From NCBI GenBank assembly GCA_905178155.1, contig CAJINV010000012.1, positions 1,112,004-1,176,003 on the forward strand: DNA of 64,000 bases. The letters run 5' to 3'. The stretch is from Amoebophrya sp. A120. Taxonomy: Eukaryota > Protista > Dinoflagellata. Shown piece after piece: positions 1 to 12,096 of this stretch (within the stretch, counting starts at the first letter, position 1; the number at the start of each line of letters is the position of its first letter). A program made the translations under genes and the position numbers. The notes beneath the pieces are model-generated. The model was not told the DNA's origin. It was given only the letters and a program-made list of their open reading frames with translations, and searched no databases.

Positions 1-914
1 TTCATAACAGCTACAAAGACTGTGGTCGGAAAGATAAATGACGGTGAAGGAATTAGAATTTCATTTTTTGACAATCTATGCAAATATCAATGTTTCCTTT
101 TAGATGATCTCAGGTGAAGAGCCCGCTCTATGTCCCGTCCCAGCATTGGTGATCGAACGATCCGCGCGCTTTACGTTCACATTCTAGATACTTTTTTTTA
201 GTCAATTTTGTCAGCGTAATTCTACCGATAGTTGGAGACCTCGACCGATAGAAGGTGGTGCACAGAAGAGCGATCATGATCAATACCGACACCAAAATGA
301 TCTCTTTTGCAATTTTCGGCGGCCGAAAATATCCTCAGTTATACCGATGAATGGTCGTAGCTCAATTCCAATATAAGCACCACGAAAAAAAAGCGTCACT
401 GTGAAGATGATTTTGGCAGCTTTGCAGAATCTGCATCTTCACACGTTCACATTCACTAGTACTCTGCGTCTGCGATCCGTGCTTTTCAAGAAAAGAAATA
501 AACACGACTACATCTCCACTGTGCTGCAGTTGTAGTTCCTCCTCACAAGACAAACAATTGCGGGCGGGATTTTAGTCTGCAGTACAGGTTCACAGTGAAG
601 ACGCCGAATTTGCGCTGCTGGACTCGCAAAGAGCGACGTCTTTGGTAATACCAGGATACAAGAATCGAGGTAGTTCAGGTTTCTGTATCTCCATCTACTA
701 TCATCTGTTATCGGATTTGTAACGCCCATGACGCAGGAGAATTTGACCCTGGTCAGCACGCACGAATAAAGAGCTGCTGCTTCTTCATGATCGTCGCATC
801 GTTTTACTTCTCTCGCTTCATATTTCATCACTGTCGACGTTTTTCTTTATTCTTTTCCTGTTCATCTTCGAGGAATTCTCCTCCACCTCTACGCACGACA
901 TCCTTTTTGATTCT

Positions 915-3900
915 TCACTCCGAGAGCGGTGAGAGCGAGCCCCGTATCAAATGCAAAAATGTCTGGGTCTGGAAACTTGTGATGTTGGGTGGCGTATCAT
1001 GAGGAGGCCACAAGTGCTGGCTCGGCATGAGAAGTTTCTAAGCCTCTAGGTGTAGGTGTTGCCTATTCTGTTTCTGCATGACAAACTGCGTCTCTGCATG
1101 ACAGAAAAAAGGCGCGCTTGGGTAACGCGCATGACAGATTTGAGAGTCATGCCAGACAAGCATGACAAACATGCATTCTTCCAGACCCCGACATTTTTAC
1201 ACTTGATACCCCGTCCGCTGGTACTATCAAAGTGGTTTTCGGCAACCGGAAAGTCGTCTTCTTCCAGAGAGATCGTTCCCTCATCCACGCTCTGCATGTT
1301 CTGCTTCAATTTCGACCACAAACTGTTAAAGGTGTCCAGCGTCTGTGCCGCAACCGCCTGACTTGCGGCGGAGGAGGTCGAAGGGGCGGTAGAAGCTGGC
1401 AGCTGCGCGACCACGTTGTCCTTGTTTGGGTCCTCCTGCTGTGGTCCAGCACGACTCCGGGTCGTCGTGTTCACCGCTGTGCATGATCCACCAAGACGAC
1501 CTCCACCGCCCGCTATACTACTTCTTTGATGCGGCTCCGTGAAGGGCTGCAGTACCTGCGTCTCGTTGACGAAAACGGGCAGCCTATCCTGATCAAAAAC
1601 ATCCCCACAGCACCAAAGTCAAGATGGGAAATCTGCTTGACAAATCACACAGCTTTGGTTGTTTGGCATGACAAGTTTGATGTCTCTTAGTGTGATCCTG
1701 TTTAGCTAGCTCAGAAGCATTACAGATCTACCACAGCATGCTGATCCTAGCATCACAAATCCCAAAACACGAATAGAAAATGCTTCATCCCATAGGACTC
1801 CGCATGAGAAACTTTTTTGGCATGCAGAATTGCATGACAACTCTGGGGTGGGTATGTTTTTACTCAGAATACAGCCACAGGTCCTCCGGCGTCCGAACCC
1901 AGCCGCGCCGGTACTCGCAGCAGGCAATCACTTCCTTGATATCAACTGTAAAAGTGTCTGGGTCTGGAAGAATCCAACTTGTCATGCTGATTTTGGATTA
2001 TAAAAAAATCTGTAATTGCATGAGCAGCAAAGAGAGCCCAAGTTTTGCTACACGCAAAGAGCATTTGTCATGCGGTATAGGCATCAGGAAGCCCTCACAA
2101 AATCTGTGATGCTAGGGCATGCATCACAGACATCAGGAGTCATGCAAAATGTGCATGACAAACCTGGCAATCTTCCAGACCCAGACATTTTTACATTTGA
2201 TAATTGAACCGCGGCCCCAATTTGGACAAAAGCTTCGCGTGCAGGTTGCCAAATTCCGTGCGGTACGCGACCCCCTTTTCGTGGATTACTTCGTAAAACT
2301 ATCCTGCGTAAAAACGTCCCCACCCCAGAGTTGTCATGCAAATCTTCACGCCCAAAATGCTTGCCATGCGCAGCCCCACGAGGAGCATTTTATTAAGGTC
2401 GCGCCCGGAGGGCGATATTGGTAACCAAATGCGTGCGCGAAAATCTAACCAGCGCGAAGGCCCACCAACCTTTTTCTAACATCGCCGCGGCCCGCGCCGC
2501 GAAAGCGCGGCCCTGCGGGCCGCGCTTTCGCCGCGCAGCCGCCGCCAGAAACGAGAAAAAGCACCATTTATTTTTAGTTCCTAGATTCCCACTTCTTCTT
2601 CTTGGGNATGCAAAATGTGCATGACAAACCTGGCAATCTTCCAGACCCAGACATTTTTACATTTGATAATTGAACCGCGGCCCCAATTTGGACAAAAGCT
2701 TCGCGTGCAGGTTGCCAAATTCCGTGCGGTACGCGACCCCCTTTTCGTGGATTACTTCGTAAAACTATCCTGCGTAAAAACGTCCCCACCCCAGAGTTGT
2801 CATGCAAATCTTCACGCCCAAAATGCTTGCCATGCGCAGCCCCACGAGGAGCATTTTATTAAGGTCGCGCCCGGAGGGCGATATTGGTAACCAAATGCGT
2901 GCGCGAAAATCTAACCAGCGCGAAGGCCCACCAACCTTTTTCTAACATCGCCGCGGCCCGCGCCGCGAAAGCGCGGCCCTGCGGGCCGCGCTTTCGCCGC
3001 GCAGCCGCCGCCAGAAACGAGAAAAAGCACCATTTATTTTTAGTTCCTAGATTCCCACTTCTTCTTCTTGGGTCGCGGGCCGCAGTTGTGCTCGCGGCCC
3101 TTGGGCCGCGGGGAAGTGGTGGAGCCCGCGGCGGCCCGCAGGCTCCTGCGATAAGCATTGAAGGCGAAATCCGGTCTGCTATTGCGCAGCGGGGCATCCT
3201 TTCTAGCCCCCTGCATGACAAACTGGCCACCTGGCCAGGAAGGTATGTGGGCCGCGCTCTCATCATCTAACCAGGAAGCAAGGGCGCGCAAAAGAATGCG
3301 TTTTTTGGCGAGCAGAACACCATCGCGAGTAACATTATGCACGAGGGCACGCTGGCCAGGAAAAAAGCGCAAATTTCAAAAAGTTAATCAATTCGCGCCA
3401 TTTCCGGCAGCCCTTTTGGGCCACCCAGATCGAGCATTTCCAAGCGGGAGGAGGCTCACAATTTTGGACCTCATACAGGTCGAAAACCGTGAGGGGTGGA
3501 CACACCTCCACAGGCTTGATAATTGTGTTCTTGTCGTCCAATCCCGGTGGTACGAGGCTGCGGAAAATTTCGCGAACCCCTTTTGACCGGCAATTTCCAA
3601 GCGGCTTTTACTTTTTCAGCAAAAATTGTCATTTTCAATTTCCAAGCGGTTTCCGGGGACTGGACAAAATCGGTAAATTTTGTCGGCCGCTTCTATGCTG
3701 CGAAAAACTGCATTTTTTCAACGCTTTTTTTCAATTTCCAAGCGGCTGGAGCTGCCCGGACGTGACGCATTTTTCGCTACAAAACCCATCACACCATCGG
3801 CCCTTTCCAAAAATGCCACTATCTTTTTTCAGCTTCAGACCGGGCGGAGCTGCAAAAATGATCTTTTTTACCCTTTTCGCACTTGATAACTGCTGTTTTG

Positions 3901-6900
3901 GCTGCTTTCGGTAAAATTCCCAGAAATTCTGCCCGATTCGCTTTCTGAAGGCAAAACACACTTGATAATGCCCGCTTTTTCCACCGATTGCATACCCCCG
4001 AGTTCCTCCCATATGGCAACGGCAAAGCCTTCGCGCTGCGTTTGCGATGGATGAGCATCTCGCAAAGAGCGCTCGCTTGCGCACGCTTTGGTTACCAGAT
4101 GATGCTGTTTTGGGATTTGTCATGCTCGAATCAGCATAATGTAGTCGATTTGTGATGCGGTTGCTCCAGCTAAACAGGACTACCGTAAGAGCCCAAGTTT
4201 GTCATGCGCGACAGTCAAAGGTTGTGGATCATTTGTGTAGCAGATTCCCCCATCTTGAATGCTGTGGGGTGGGGAAGTAGTTTTTCCTCAGGATAAAAAC
4301 TGCAGCGACTCAATTTCGGACTTGACTTTCAGCTCCACCAGTTGCTGCATCAAAAGAAAAAACGCCCCCACCTCGGATGCTTCAAAAATTTGTGATGCAA
4401 AGTTTCCAAAATGAGATTTTTTTGTCTTGCATAAAAGGACTATGAATCTTTCTGATGCAGAATCTCGGCGAGTAAGGCGTCTTTTACACGACAGGCTCGG
4501 TTGCTGCTGGGCTCTAGCGCAACAGAAATTTTAGCTGTTCCGCATTGAAAATTTGTGATGCTGATATATGCAAGAAGACGGGGAATGTTTCGAGATGAAA
4601 GGTTTGCAAGACAAACTTGCCAAGCTCTGGGGTGAGGGCACTTTTCATTGTAATATGCTGTCGCTGCTGTTCCAAGAGGACGTGTTGTTGTACATCGAGG
4701 TCCACCTGGTCCGACCCGTGGCTGATTCCGTCTGGCTGCTCTGTTCGTGTACTACTACCGTCCTTGTGGAGTTCCTGCTTCTTCAAAAACAAAAGCTTCG
4801 TTTCCAGCTCTACCTCCCTCTGCGCGACCTTGGCCGCCTTGTCCTCCAAATGGAGCTGAAGTGCAGTTAATGCGGTTTCCTCGGAAATGGGCTCGGCGGA
4901 CTCGGTCCTATCACACAGAAAAAAGCTGGCAGGGCATATTTGTAATGCAAAAATAAATACACAAAAAAATCTGCATTGCATATCCGAAACAGCATGCTAT
5001 GGGGCCACCCATGGCAAGCGTTTCTGTGTATCTATTTTTGCATCACAAATATGCCCTGCCAGCTTTTTTCTCTGGGATAGGTCCCATCCTCCGCAAAAGC
5101 CTTGACGAACGCCGCGGCGTGGGCTGTATCAAATGCAAACATGTCTGGGTCTGGAAACTTGTGATGCCAAAATCTGGATGACTGAAACGCTTTCGAATGC
5201 AGCCAAGCATGACAAGTCCTTGCAAAGCTGTTTCATACGTAGCGCGCATGACAAACTGCGTTTTTGCATCACAACGAACGCCGTGCGTTTGCTAGTCATG
5301 CAATACAGATTTTCTTGGAATGTAGGGCCAGCATCACAACGAACGCTGTGCGTTTGCTAGTCATGCAATACAGATTTTCTTGGAATGTAGGGCCAGCATC
5401 ACAATTCCAGACCCAGACATATTTGCAATCCATAGGCTAAGGTCAGTTCAAATAAGTACGTTGGAAACGATCCATGATGTCGTGGTGCTTCATATTATGA
5501 AGAAAAGCCAGCCTATCAATCTCCATGTGGCCACAGGAACGGCGTCGTCAAACTCAAAGCATGTGAGGTCATCGAATAAATCACGCAATGGCATTTACAG
5601 GGAAAAAAGGTCCGTCTTCAGTCGACGCACCTCGCAGTCAGTTGTGCTGGGAAAATCGTATTTCTACCCCCGAACTACTAGACCTCTTCAATTCTAGGGA
5701 AGACGTGCAGCCTACGTAAAAAATGACATCATAGCATACCTCTCTTCTCCTTATCTGTCTTAAACGCCTGCACCTGCTCCCGCAGCAGGCGCAACTCATT
5801 ATCGCAAGGAAAAATCCCCCCTCCCCATATTGAAGAGGCAGGTTTTCGAAAATTTGCGTTGCTGATTTGAGGTCACAAATCACGTGTGTGTTGCAAGAAG
5901 ACAAGGGCAGCAGCTTCCGTCCCATTATGGAGCCAGTTTGTCATGCTGTTGAGCCAACATCGCGGACGCTTTTCATGCTAAGCGCCTAAGTCAAAGCCTC
6001 TCTATTCAGGCTTGATATGGGTCTGCAGTCCTCTCCAGCGATTTGCGTACTCAAATACTGCATCACAGATTTCGTTTTCGATATGGGGAGGGGGGATTTT
6101 TCTTTTTGATACTCATCCTCGTGTACCTTCCCCGCCTCCGCCCTCGCCTGCACTAGACCTTCGGCAAACGCAGCCCGCTATGGGGGTGTCAGGATTGAAC
6201 TCGGCAAAATCGAAAAACTTGTAATGCATAAAATGTAGGGCGCGCAAGGTCTGTGTTGGGGCGCAGGCAAATGAGACCGATTTCAAGCCTGTTTCGGGGA
6301 AACAAAGGCGATGCGCTGCCAGAGTAGCATGACAGAAGCAGTCTTCCTTGCCCAAACAGCACGACAGAGTGGACTTTGGTGCTCCCGAAATTTGTCATGC
6401 GCCACTTGGACACTGAGGCTCCAACTGGTATCGATTTTATGCATCACAAATCATTTCAACTTTGACGATTTCGATCTTGACACTTCCATACCCGCTCCTG
6501 CTCTAGTAATTGCTGTAAGTCCGTGTTTGCGGCCTTCAGCTTCGCGACATTATCAAATGCAAATATGTCTCGGTCTGGAAGGATCCGAACTTGTGATGCG
6601 TGTTTCGGATCCTTCAAAGATCTGTGATGCAGAACGTGCAGAAGATGTTGCCCCTTTCTGGCCATTCTCAGAGGGCATTTCTCATGCAGAATACGCATCA
6701 CCTCCAAGGAGCTGCAGAACCTGTGATGCTAGGCCCTGCATTCCAGACGTGGGGGAGCTTGAAAAAACTGCATGACAAAGACAAATCTCGGAATCTCCCA
6801 GACCCAGACTACATTTTTGCACTTGATAGACATGTTTCGCATGCAACTCGTCCAGCTGCGTCTGCATGATTCGGTTCTGAATGGACGCGTAGCTGACAGT

Positions 6901-8157
6901 ATGGATTGCAAATATGTCTGGGTCTGGAAGGATGGAACTTGTGATGCTGTGTTTGGATTCTAAAAAAGATTCGCATTGCATGACAAGCAACAGGAGTCCA
7001 GTTTGTGCTACGCGGGGAGGGCATTTGTCATGCGGAAAGGGCATCAGGAAGCCTGCTAAAAATGAAAATCTGCGATGCTAGCTCATGCATTACAAGCATC
7101 ATGGATCATGGAAAAGCTGCATGACAAACCTTGCATCCTTCCAGACCCAGAAATTTTTGCATTTGATAGACAGCGCCGCCGGCGCCGCCACTGCTCCCCG
7201 AGCTCTGTGTATTGCCGCTGATCTCCCGACCCCAACTCGCTAAGGACAGTATCAAATGGAAAAATCCCCCCACCCCATATCGAAAACGAAATTTGTGATG
7301 CTGTGTTAGTACACAAGTCGGCTTGTAATGCTAGAAGGCCAAGAGCCGCAGTTGTGCCCTCGTTTGCAGGCAATTTGTCATGCTGTTTCCCACTCTCAGT
7401 TGCTTCCTGTCATGCTGAAGATGCAAGGCTTCCCCACGCCACCCGGCAAGACAGTCCGCATCTTTTCCCTTCTAGCATGACAAAGCTGATTTGTGACTGC
7501 AAATCTGCATCACAGATCTCCGTTTTGATATGGGGAGGGGGGATTTTTCTTCTTGATAGACAGCCCGGAATGCTTCCGGGGGGGCGGGGTTCGTGTGTTT
7601 GGCAGGGCCGGAGCAGGCGCCGGGCCCGGGGGATAATTCTTTGATAAAATCGTCCCGGAACAAGGGATATCATTATTTTGCTCGTTATTTCTCACTACCT
7701 GCTGAAGTTCATCGACATAGGGCCCCCGCCGCGTAGGAGTTGTTGTGACGTGCGGTCCTGAAGGAGATATTGACGCCGGAACGTTTGCTGGATAACGAAA
7801 ATCGTCAGGAACAAAATGACCACCGGACTGCGACTGGGGCGGGAAATAAAAGGCTTGCTCTGGTGAAGACGGCTCTGCTGGTCGTGGTGCGACGCCGGGG
7901 AATTGCTTTATTTGTTCCCCGGTAGCTTGGCTCAAGGAATAAAACGTCTGTCCATCTGCTAGTCCTCGTCCTGGAGGTTGTACTAGTTGTTCTTGCTGAC
8001 TTATTCTATTTCCATGATGTACTAGTTCTTGCCTCAGCTGAGATGAGTTTGCGCCGGCTGAGGTCGTTTCACTAGTTATTCTGCCCTGCTCGCAAGCACC
8101 TCCTACCTGCTGCGTGGGAGGACCACTCTCAGAATCTGCGAAATCCGTCTGAGCCAT
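915..8157 (-). CDS. Hypothetical partly coiled-coil protein, multi-exon (12 introners plus one GT-AG intron)
   Basis: Manual splicing (element plus one 5-bp repeat removed) gives one open frame: MAQTDF...HSGLS|LASW...GGAV|SYAS...AKHV|AKLK...QER|AAF...HEDE|LRLL...EKR|AHAA...DGT|ESAE...RQ|QLVE...LQF|YEVI...RF|EVIA...LWL|PVFV...GRG|SLSPLSE*. Confidence 0.75.
945..1208. mobile_element. Introner family A (TIR TATCAAATGCAAAAATGTCTGGGTCTGGAA)
   Basis: ~30-bp TIR; TSD CCCCG/CCCCG. Confidence 0.9.
1585..1871. mobile_element. Introner family B (TATCCTG..AAAAAC.TCCCCA)
   Basis: TIR; TSD CAGCC/CAGCC. Confidence 0.9.
1940..2202. mobile_element. Introner family A
   Basis: TIR; TSD CTTGA/ATTGA. Confidence 0.9.
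2142..3072. repeat. Exact ~465-bp duplication across an N (probable assembly artefact)
   Basis: 2142-2606 matches 2608-3072, separated by a single N at 2607. Confidence 0.85.
2766..4295. mobile_element. Introner family B carrying a ~1.25-kb nested insertion
   Basis: TIR; TSD AAAAC/AAAAC; family-B interior is interrupted at ~2858-4102. Confidence 0.85.
4348..4655. mobile_element. Introner family H (degenerate left end CAT)
   Basis: TSD TGCTG/TGCTG; similar to 56492-56803 in the opposite orientation. Confidence 0.8.
4909..5079. mobile_element. Near-palindromic introner
   Basis: ~55-bp TIR; TSD GGTCC/GGTCC. Confidence 0.9.
5127..5434. mobile_element. Introner family A with internal ~65-bp tandem duplication
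   Basis: TIR; TSD GGCTG/GGCTA. Confidence 0.85.
5800..6111. mobile_element. Introner family C (GGAAAAATCCCCCCTCCCCATAT)
   Basis: TIR; TSD CTCAT/CTCAT. Confidence 0.9.
6179..6490. mobile_element. Introner family E (TATGGG.GTGTCAGGAT)
   Basis: TIR; TSD CCCGC/CCCGC. Confidence 0.9.
6551..6828. mobile_element. Introner family A
   Basis: TIR; TSD GACAT/GACAT. Confidence 0.9.
6900..7168. mobile_element. Introner family A
   Basis: TIR; TSD GACAG/GACAG. Confidence 0.9.
7250..7558. mobile_element. Introner family C
   Basis: TIR; TSD GACAG/GACAG. Confidence 0.9.
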
Positions 8158-8760
8158 TGATCTCCTTTGCTGGGTCCAGGTTCAGATCTTGTTCAGATAT
8201 TTATAAGTAGGTGACACTTTCGATTCTCGCATCCAATTCGACAACTTGGCCTCAGAAATAAATTGTGTCAGAACGAAGCCAGCTACTCGCGGTTGTCGTC
8301 TTTCAAACAAGTGTCAATATCAACAAGAGCGTCCTCTGTTGTAATACGCCGAACGAAAGCACTTTGTTGATCTCCCGGGCCAGCTTGGACATGGCTTTCA
8401 TCCGTTTGTGTACTTCTTAGTCGAAAGATCGGCAACGAAACACTTCACGAAAAAATGCAACATCGATCGTGGAGGCCGAGTGTGGCCATCGACTACGATT
8501 GATCCTCCAAGGGCGAAAAATAGTATAGAAAATGGTCTCTCGAAAATAAAACCACTGTCTTTCCAAGGCAAAACAAGAGGAGCGTCGACTCAAGTAGACG
8601 TAGTGGTCTCTTGAAATTTGTTGGAACTACGGGGAGCCACGAAATCAGTCGGCTTTTTTGTTCATGATTGGCCAACTTTGTTCACCACGACAGTGATTGC
8701 GACGTATGAGAAACACACAACTACTGAACACCGGCGCCAAAAGAGATCAAGTTTTACACT
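8080..8760. repeat. Dispersed repeat, copy 1 (other copies at 12097-13790 and 18676-19075)
   Basis: Shared blocks such as AAATGCAACATCGATCGT..AGGC.GTGTGGCCAT and CTGTCTTTCCAA.GCA. Confidence 0.8.
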
Positions 8761-9649
8761 GAAGTTTTTCTGTAGCAAGACCGGACCCCTATTTTTCCAC
8801 TGTCACAAACTCTGTGCTGACCTATGACGAGATCGCACCATCGGGATGTTTATTTTAGAGTCCTTCAATCTTGGTGCCGTACTTCTCTCGCAGGATATGC
8901 CACGGGGCGAGATAAAATGTATGGAGCCGGCTAGGCTACGAAGCATGCAGGCTATGCTATACGGTCGGAAAGGCAAGATATCCGGGGAAAAAAAAAGTGT
9001 GAAGGAGGATTATACTTGTTGGGGTAGAGTTGATACTGCGAGAGATGTTCTTTGACTGGGAAACTTTACTGTGACTCGCAGATTTTTTTCTGAGATAAAG
9101 GTAAAGCTGCGCTTGAGGGCTGTGCTTCTATTGTTCTGGTGGCAACAAACACGAAGACTCTCATGATCGTGCGAGATCTGGCACCCGTCTACATGGATAC
9201 TAGCGGTCGGTTGATGAAGTGCCACCAGGAAGATCGTAAAAAAAAACAATGCAGACCAGTGCCCTTGAGCAAGCATAAAAGTAAGTAATAGAATTCGGTG
9301 GAGAAGCGACCCGCCTGAAAGTCGGCGCAAAACTTCCCCGCACGGATCCTACATGCCTACTTCTCTTCCAACTCACGCCATCCGAAAGCAAAACAAATTA
9401 AGTATAAGTAAGTAGTATCAATCCAGAGGTGACAACCCATATTCCAGAAAAGAGACTGAGCTAAACTTCGTACGTAGTCAGGAGAAAAAAACAATGTAAG
9501 CATTTTGCAACAAATGAGTATTTTTTTCAAACGGGCATCATCAAAACAGATTCAAAACAAAAATCACAAAAATAATTCGACCTTCTGTGAACACGCTTTG
9601 CCCACTTCTAGGCCAGTGAGCAACGTCCATACTGCCAATAGCATGTCTG

Positions 9650-10072
9650 CTAAAGAGGCAAGAGTGCCGCCCCTACGCCTGCAGTAGCAGCAGCATTTGC
9701 ACACAGTTCCGGATTGTCAGTGCAAGCCTTCGTACCCGCCGCCGCAGCCTGCCCCGCACCCGAGTTATCTACCGCCTGCTGCATCTGCGGGCTCATCGTC
9801 TGCTCCCCCGTCGGGACCCATCTCTGTTCACCCGTCAAAGCCCCAACCTTGTTCATCTTGATGCGCATCTTGGCCTTCGTCGCTTCATCCACTGTTTCAC
9901 CTGCCAACGCCTTGTGTCCCTTCTTCTTCTTGTGCGCCTTGGACTTCACCGCGTCAACCGCTTCGCCGGTCAAGGTTTTACTTGCCTCCTTCTGCTTCTT
10001 GTCGACATCCAGAAACGCTTGCTCGATTGCTGGATTGCTGGATTGCTGGATTGCTGGCGCTGTTTGGTACAA
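9650..10072 (-). CDS. Hypothetical protein (probably a terminal exon)
   Basis: Coding-like 140-aa ORF with an internal LTGE/LAGE repeat; no recognisable domain. Confidence 0.45.
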   Translation of the reverse strand: MYQTAPAIQQSSNPAIEQAFLDVDKKQKEASKTLTGEAVDAVKSKAHKKKKGHKALAGETVDEATKAKMRIKMNKVGALTGEQRWVPTGEQTMSPQMQQAVDNSGAGQAAAAGTKACTDNPELCANAAATAGVGAALLPL

Positions 10073-10144
10073 TATTTAGAATTTCAGAAATCACCTCTAT
10101 CGAAAAGGAAAATCAGACGTAGTCGACGGCCCCATCTCACCAGA

Positions 10145-10422
10145 CCGATTACATTAAAATATGTCTGTGTCTGAAAAAGTGGAACTTGATCGAGTGTGTG
10201 CCTACTTGCATTCGATTCCTGAGCAATCTACATTGCATGACAGGCAAGTGTGCTACTTTAATCGTCATGCAAAAGCGCAGACTGTGATGCGCGCTACGCA
10301 TGAGACGACGTCAGCAATCATGCTCGAGTGCGCTTCAAGGTGGCAGGCTCCTGCTCCATCGTAAAGCCTCACAAAATAAATTGAAATTCCAGACCCAGAA
10401 CACATATTATTTGCAATCCACT
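10145..10422. mobile_element. Degenerate family A introner
   Basis: Decayed TIRs (ATGTCTGTGTCTGAA / TTCCAGACCCAGA) and internal motif copies; ends unclear. Confidence 0.55.
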
Positions 10423-12096
10423 CACTCGTAGCAAATCCAATTCTATACGGGTTTCCAGTTCGACGGGCTGATCGGCGGCGTGTCGGCCTGCTCCAGCAGC
10501 CCCTTGATTTCGTGGCCGCTCCAAACCATTTTTTTCGCACGGTCCTCCTCCATTTTCTTCTCCGCGGCCACCAGGGCGGCGGAGGAAATGAACAGCTTCT
10601 GCGCAGTCTTGGTCATCCTGGACAGCAATAAGATGAACCTGTTCGAAATTGTAATTGAATATTGGTCGTTCACCTGCATTAGAAATTAAAATGATGACTT
10701 CGCAGAGTGCAGCCGTACTTTAAGTAATAAATTTCTGCAGCGCACAAAGTAAGCGGCACCGATCCCGCCACGCATCTTTGATGTTAATGTTGATGATGCT
10801 GATACATACTAAAGCATGCTACTTGCGCTTATGAATTAAAAGTCAATCGCTATATAACAATCAGAATACCGGACGCCTGACGGTTCTGCTAAGTGCTGTG
10901 GAAGGATGGGACGAAAGATGTTGCTCTACTTGTGTCGAAACAACTCAAGACGGTGAGTGCCTGTTATTCGAGTTGTTCTTTGCGTTTTGGTTTCTTTCAT
11001 CAAGTCAGCATCCGTTTCTAAAAAACGAGATGAAAATGAGAGATGATTAAAGCAAAGCGCTTGATTTATAATCGTATTCACTGTTACCTCGTCGGCTTCT
11101 ACTGAAATCCGAAGGAATGCCATAAGAGAAGAGTTCCTGCGGAATCCAAAAAAAAAATCCGATACCTTTAGCTTCACGTGAGCGGTTGCGTTTCGAAGGT
11201 TGCGCTGCGTCTCCACCGGACGAGTGCGCTATTTTTGTTGTTTTCCTGTTGCTCCTGGGAACAAAAAAGAAAAAAATCCTGCTTGTAAGGTTGCTGTTTT
11301 GGGACCATAATATAAAAGTACTTTGACGTCACAACTTGTCCACACTTCTACAGGGATGTGGATGACAATCTACTTGGTTCGGCTTTATTCGTATCTCTAA
11401 CAGCCCGGCCTCTATCTTCCTACAGCAACGTACGCAACGAGTACGAGTCTTCGCACGAACCGCTTGCTCTTGATGATGTAGAACGATGCGCGATCGCGAC
11501 GGGGAAGTCTAGGCTTTTCAACGAGGAGGACTTTTGGACGTCATCGTATTTGTACGCTCACGAGACCCTAAATTCGTCCTACTGGGCGACGACGTGACGA
11601 GTTAGTACGATCGGGCGATTATAGAACAAATCATCATCTATTCGGCTTTGCACTGGCACGATACTATTACTAGTATGACCGAAAGTGTCTACGAACGGCG
11701 CGTTCGCTTCTACGATGTTTTTATCTTATTAGAGTGGCGTTGCAATTGATGAATGTATTCTGTTCAGCGGTGTCGCCTTAGAATGTCCTTCGGGGAGTAG
11801 CGCTGCAATTATTTGCTTCAGCTTGAAAATTCACGTTTGCAGAACGAACAGCCAGCGTAACAATCATGACAGTGCCTGTGGTCTAACAGTGGCGCGTCTT
11901 TGGATTGACAACCTGCCGGATGTACAACATTTGTCTTTTTGTAGAACAAGTCAAGAAGTACGCACTATACCCTCCTCGTGCTTATTGTATAATACGACAC
12001 GAGCGAGAAGAAACGCACAGTTGCACACACCGTGGCGAAAAGAAAACAAATCCGCAGCAGGGTAGTTACATACTCGGCTGCAGCTGTGCCAAGATC

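Noticed and set aside
2142-3072. Tandem exon/introner duplication
   Set aside because: Exact copies abut an N, which indicates a scaffold-overlap artefact.
7927-7936. Dinoflagellate spliced-leader relic TTGGCTCAAG
   Set aside because: Only 10 nt and antisense within an exon; compatible with chance.
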